Shown here: one piece after another, positions 26,581 to 30,333 of the stretch
Layout: each line of letters begins with the position of its first letter
Numbering within the stretch: the first letter of the stretch is position 1
DNA from: an uncultured archaeon
Lineage (GTDB): Archaea > Asgardarchaeota > Thorarchaeia > Thorarchaeales > Thorarchaeaceae
Direction of reading: 5' to 3'
DNA length: 30,333 nucleotides
Assembly: GCA_964458565.1 (NCBI GenBank)
Contig: CAYWJO010000025.1
Span: forward strand, 1 to 30,333
Made by a program: the position numbers and the translations under genes
Notes under the pieces: generated by a model
What the model saw: the letters and a program-made list of their open reading frames with translations, nothing else
Told to the model about the DNA's origin: nothing
The model's database searches: none

Positions 26581-29500
26581 TCAGATGTCAAAAAAGTCCG
26601 TCAAAGATGTCTGTTCAGACACGAAAAGAGAATCGAGATAGGACTTGATTAATAGAAGTCTTTGTTGCATATAATCATCAAGACCGTGCTCTTGTATCAT
26701 GAAATCAGCTAAATCAAGATATTTCGAGATGTTCTTCTGTCTTACGGTTAGAGATAGATTCGACCCACATTCACATTCACCAGATAAGGGAATTCTTCTG
26801 TATATTCTATGGCACTTCAGGCATTGTGTCTTTTGCGTTGAGTATGCCCTTAGATTCCCACGGATATCCCTAAGAAAGTGGTTTGACAAGACTCGCTCAG
26901 CAACATCGTTTGCATCAACAGCATCTATGAGTATGGCAAGTTGAAGTTGTGCTTCGAGCTTATCAATCATTGACCCCAATGTTTTGTATTTGGTGTTCTT
27001 AGGACCTATATGTATAGATGATGTGCCATGTGTAAAACCAAATCCCTCATATTGCGTAGGATTACCGAGTCTAGATGCGACAATATCTACAATCTTCTCG
27101 ATAGTTTTAGGATGTCTTGCTTCAGATACTAAATTGTAGAAATGAGAAGGGTATCTCGTACAAACTTCCATATTATGGCTCTCGTCATCAACCTCACTTG
27201 GATTCAGAATGACTGATAAGACAAGCGGAGCATCCATGAAACCACCTCTTCCTGCAGGAAGATAGGACTTGGAGAAATTGAGGAGGGCATCAAGTAGTAA
27301 AATAACGGAATCTTCATCACCATCGCAATTTCTTCTCTTTGCAGCATGCCAGTAGGGATGAGCATAGCATAGACTCGCACTGGTAAATCCGATGATTCTG
27401 CCAACAATTCCAGCAGAGGTGTGAGGTGCTAAGCCTATTACCAACTGCCCAAGAATATCATCAATCGTTCTGAAATTATAATATCTTTCAAGACCATATA
27501 TCTTCTCAAGACAATCATCGACAAATGCTCCAACTCGTAAGAGATAATCTGCACAGTTATCTGGAATAACTAAATCTTGTACCTTGAGCTCTACAATCTG
27601 TTTTTCAGAAACCAGTTTGTTTCCCATAGTATCAGTCAAATATCCAAGTTCTTGAAGCTGTGTCACTTGTACCCCTATTTCTTCAGGGGTGAAGTGTGTT
27701 AGAGGCGCATCTGTGGCATCGAATCGTGCAGTTCCATCACGATAAGGATAGACACTATGTTTTGCACGCAGAATTCCCTTACCTAGATATTCAGGTATTT
27801 TTAATTCGCTTGTTAATCCTAATACACCTCGAACATCATACGTCTGAGGTTCTCCGATCTCATTCTTGATACGCTCGAGAAAAGCTCGGATATCGATAGT
27901 AGTCCTTCGGGTGCCACGTACCAAATTGATGTCATGTCCTCTGGGACACATTCCTGTTGACTCGTTTACCGGTATGCCACAATCATCCTGCGAACAGTAT
28001 TTTTGAACCTCGGTATGCGACCCACAGGTTGGACACTTTGATTCGAAAAGTCCGGTGTTGCAAGACACGCAAAATCGCGATACTAATTCAACATCAATAT
28101 TACCAGAAGCGCCTCGACTTACAATCACATTGTTGTCAGATATTATAGTGAATTCGTCAAGTGTTGAAAAAGATTGAACCCCATCGGCAACTTTCTCGAT
28201 CCTTCGTTCGCTGGCCAACTTTCGACCCACGGGGAAAAGTGCATGTATAGGGGGACGCATTTTACGCTCTTCGGCCTTCTCAGGTCGGCCCATCCTTGCA
28301 CCAACAGAGAATCCAAGACGATCACGAAGTTCAACTTTAGATACAGAATTCAGCATTTCTAGAGGTGTAGCCCCCTTTAGTTTAGCGGTTTTTCTGCCTA
28401 GTTGAATAAGTATAGTATCCGCAGGATCCGAAAATTCGATGACAGATTTCTTTTTAGTGAGTTTGTGAGGAATCCCTACGCGTTCAAGAAGAAGTTTGAA
28501 TTCCTTATCCATAGGAATATACAATATCCCACTCTCTGAAACTTCATGTTTAGAGAGAATCCACTTTCGTAGACTCTTGATTTCATCTACTGATAATACA
28601 GCCCATCTATAGAGATAACGGGGATGTAAGGGAATTGAGAAGATCTGTGAGAGTTTAACGGCTAATTCAGGACTTGGTAAATCCGCAAGAGGATTTCGGA
28701 TGAGTGTATCTAAGTATTCACGAGTGATTCCAATCTTTTGCAGTTTCTGTTCTAGCTCATCACTTTTTAGAGCAGAACAGGCAATCTCCAAATCGTGAGA
28801 CCACCATTCTTCACAATATCCCGATGGAACCAGAGGATGATTATTTTCTAAGAATTCACCTAAAGCTACTAGAATATCACCCAAGTAAAGAACTCGTTTT
28901 ACCTTTCCTTCATAATTCTTAGCATCCTCAGCCTTGTGTACCTGTAATACGGTACCGTTTCTAAGAAGGATAATAGGACCTTCTATCGAGTCAACAGGAG
29001 TGACAATTGACCCTTTTCCGGGGCGCTCAGTACGAATGTGAGTTCCGGGAGCTAAAAAGCTGTTTACAATATACATAGTAGCAGGATGAACACCAACTGC
29101 TGCAAGACCTGTATTGCGAGACCTACCGTATCTAAGTCTAAATCCTCCATGTCTTGAAGGATGTGAGAAAACAGGTCGACCTCCGATTACATCTGCAAGA
29201 TAATCAGACTTTGGAGCAAGCTTGTCTGTGGTTTCATCTTCCTTTGATGCCTGTGATTTACTCATCGTTGCCGCAATATTGTTTAACCATTCCCAACCAG
29301 AGATGTCAACACGTTCCACGATTTTCGCCAGCTTTGCTGCACGACCTACAACTCCATCGTTAAGAACGAGAACAGCTCCACCTCGAACCCGGTTTGTTTC
29401 GATACGTGGAAGGTCTCGACTACCTGACACCTCAAATTCCTCAGTGGGATCTCCGGTTAGCATTATTGGAAGATTAGCTGCTGCTTCTCTAATCAAATCA

Positions 29501-30126
29501 GGGTGGACAGGGTATTGCAGATGTACTGCACGGGCATATAATTCGACTTCTTCTAATGCACGTTCAACTTCTTCAGGTGTAGATTTCAATGCGGGGAGTT
29601 TCATGACTTGTCTAACATAATCAGCTACTAGGACGGTTACTGCGGCTTCAGTACCACCTGCAGCACGGATTGGTCCAGCTAAATAGAGAGCGAGATATTG
29701 TTCAGGACCATCTCCTCTGATCATTACTTTAGCAATACCCTCAATTGGTGCTGCAGTGATACTCTCTGTTAGTATTGCTAGTGCTACACGGACTGCTTTA
29801 TCCGCTGCTTTCTCAAGATCATCGAAGTTTCCCAGTGTCCCTAATGCAATTTCCTTTGCAATAGCAAAAGCCACCTCTTCTCTCGACATTTCATGCTGAA
29901 GCTCTCGAATCCGTTTTGCTACTCCAATAGGGCCATCCAATGTAGCCTCTACACGTGCAGCAACATCATGAGCAGGAGGGATTTCCACCCTTGTTGTTGG
30001 ATCTATACCTTGAGCACGGGCTCTTTCAGCCACCTCATAAATACGTTTAATCTCCTCATTTAGCTCATCAAAGTATAGCTTGTAGAAGATACTGTGCTCT
30101 GGGAGAGGTGGTTCAGCTTCTGTCAC
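26581..30126 (-). CDS. polC: DNA polymerase D large subunit DP2
   Basis: AGPIRAAGGT, FRLRYGRSRNTG, GARMGRPEKA, catalytic RRNCDGDED, C-terminal Zn finger and PIP box QTSLTDFF. No intein. Confidence 0.97.
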   Translation of the reverse strand: MTEAEPPLPEHSIFYKLYFDELNEEIKRIYEVAERARAQGIDPTTRVEIPPAHDVAARVEATLDGPIGVAKRIRELQHEMSREEVAFAIAKEIALGTLGNFDDLEKAADKAVRVALAILTESITAAPIEGIAKVMIRGDGPEQYLALYLAGPIRAAGGTEAAVTVLVADYVRQVMKLPALKSTPEEVERALEEVELYARAVHLQYPVHPDLIREAAANLPIMLTGDPTEEFEVSGSRDLPRIETNRVRGGAVLVLNDGVVGRAAKLAKIVERVDISGWEWLNNIAATMSKSQASKEDETTDKLAPKSDYLADVIGGRPVFSHPSRHGGFRLRYGRSRNTGLAAVGVHPATMYIVNSFLAPGTHIRTERPGKGSIVTPVDSIEGPIILLRNGTVLQVHKAEDAKNYEGKVKRVLYLGDILVALGEFLENNHPLVPSGYCEEWWSHDLEIACSALKSDELEQKLQKIGITREYLDTLIRNPLADLPSPELAVKLSQIFSIPLHPRYLYRWAVLSVDEIKSLRKWILSKHEVSESGILYIPMDKEFKLLLERVGIPHKLTKKKSVIEFSDPADTILIQLGRKTAKLKGATPLEMLNSVSKVELRDRLGFSVGARMGRPEKAEERKMRPPIHALFPVGRKLASERRIEKVADGVQSFSTLDEFTIISDNNVIVSRGASGNIDVELVSRFCVSCNTGLFESKCPTCGSHTEVQKYCSQDDCGIPVNESTGMCPRGHDINLVRGTRRTTIDIRAFLERIKNEIGEPQTYDVRGVLGLTSELKIPEYLGKGILRAKHSVYPYRDGTARFDATDAPLTHFTPEEIGVQVTQLQELGYLTDTMGNKLVSEKQIVELKVQDLVIPDNCADYLLRVGAFVDDCLEKIYGLERYYNFRTIDDILGQLVIGLAPHTSAGIVGRIIGFTSASLCYAHPYWHAAKRRNCDGDEDSVILLLDALLNFSKSYLPAGRGGFMDAPLVLSVILNPSEVDDESHNMEVCTRYPSHFYNLVSEARHPKTIEKIVDIVASRLGNPTQYEGFGFTHGTSSIHIGPKNTKYKTLGSMIDKLEAQLQLAILIDAVDANDVAERVLSNHFLRDIRGNLRAYSTQKTQCLKCHRIYRRIPLSGECECGSNLSLTVRQKNISKYLDLADFMIQEHGLDDYMQQRLLLIKSYLDSLFVSEQTSLTDFFDI

Positions 30127-30333
30127 AATAAATCAAGTTGTTTCTGTCAAATATGGTAATCTGTATTTCGGAGAAGACAATTTTGAAGTTAGAGAACCGC
30201 GCGGTGTATTGTTACAATCTCGTAAAATCCGAGTGGTGAGATTTAAAGGATTGATACCTGACATATATTTGAAATTACAATTTAATTTCTGGATGGGAAA
30301 GATTGTGCTTACTCTAGAAGAAACAATTCAACT

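Noticed and set aside
26581-30126. Intein in PolD DP2
   Set aside because: The RRNCDGDED motif is uninterrupted and the length is normal.
30127-30333. Replication origin (ORB) or gene start upstream of polC
   Set aside because: No convincing ORB repeats. A possible GTG-start ORF at ~30305 is cut off by the window edge.
1-30333. CRISPR array, and the many short antisense or overlapping ORFs in the track
   Set aside because: No regularly spaced repeats were seen. The shadow ORFs overlap well-supported genes and lack motifs.

Overview
Archaeal chromosome segment, most likely an Asgard archaeon (Thorarchaeia-like). This is an inference from PolD DP2, CarS, aIF2-alpha and Nop10 occurring with a eukaryote-like STT3/AglB, an OSTC/DC2-like protein and a PAC4-like protein. 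From about 9.7 kb to the end the content is core: Sec61beta-rpl44e-rps27e-aIF2alpha-nop10, aglB, gcvH/gcvT, folP-mptE, topA, XPD, radB, carS, a CBS protein and polC. The first ~9.7 kb is an accessory hotspot around tRNA-Lys(CTT). It has (i) two orphan tRNA 3'-end fragments that, with the intact tRNA, divide the upstream genes into tandem cassette-like islets; (ii) an unannotated 51-codon TnpB C-terminal remnant overlapped by a compact multi-hairpin/pseudoknot sequence between the tRNA and glyA; and (iii) a ~3.3 kb ABC-exporter/secreted-protein island bracketed by a diverged direct duplication of glyA-3'+mazG. No integrase or transposase gene was recognised. All family assignments come from motifs read by eye, not database searches.
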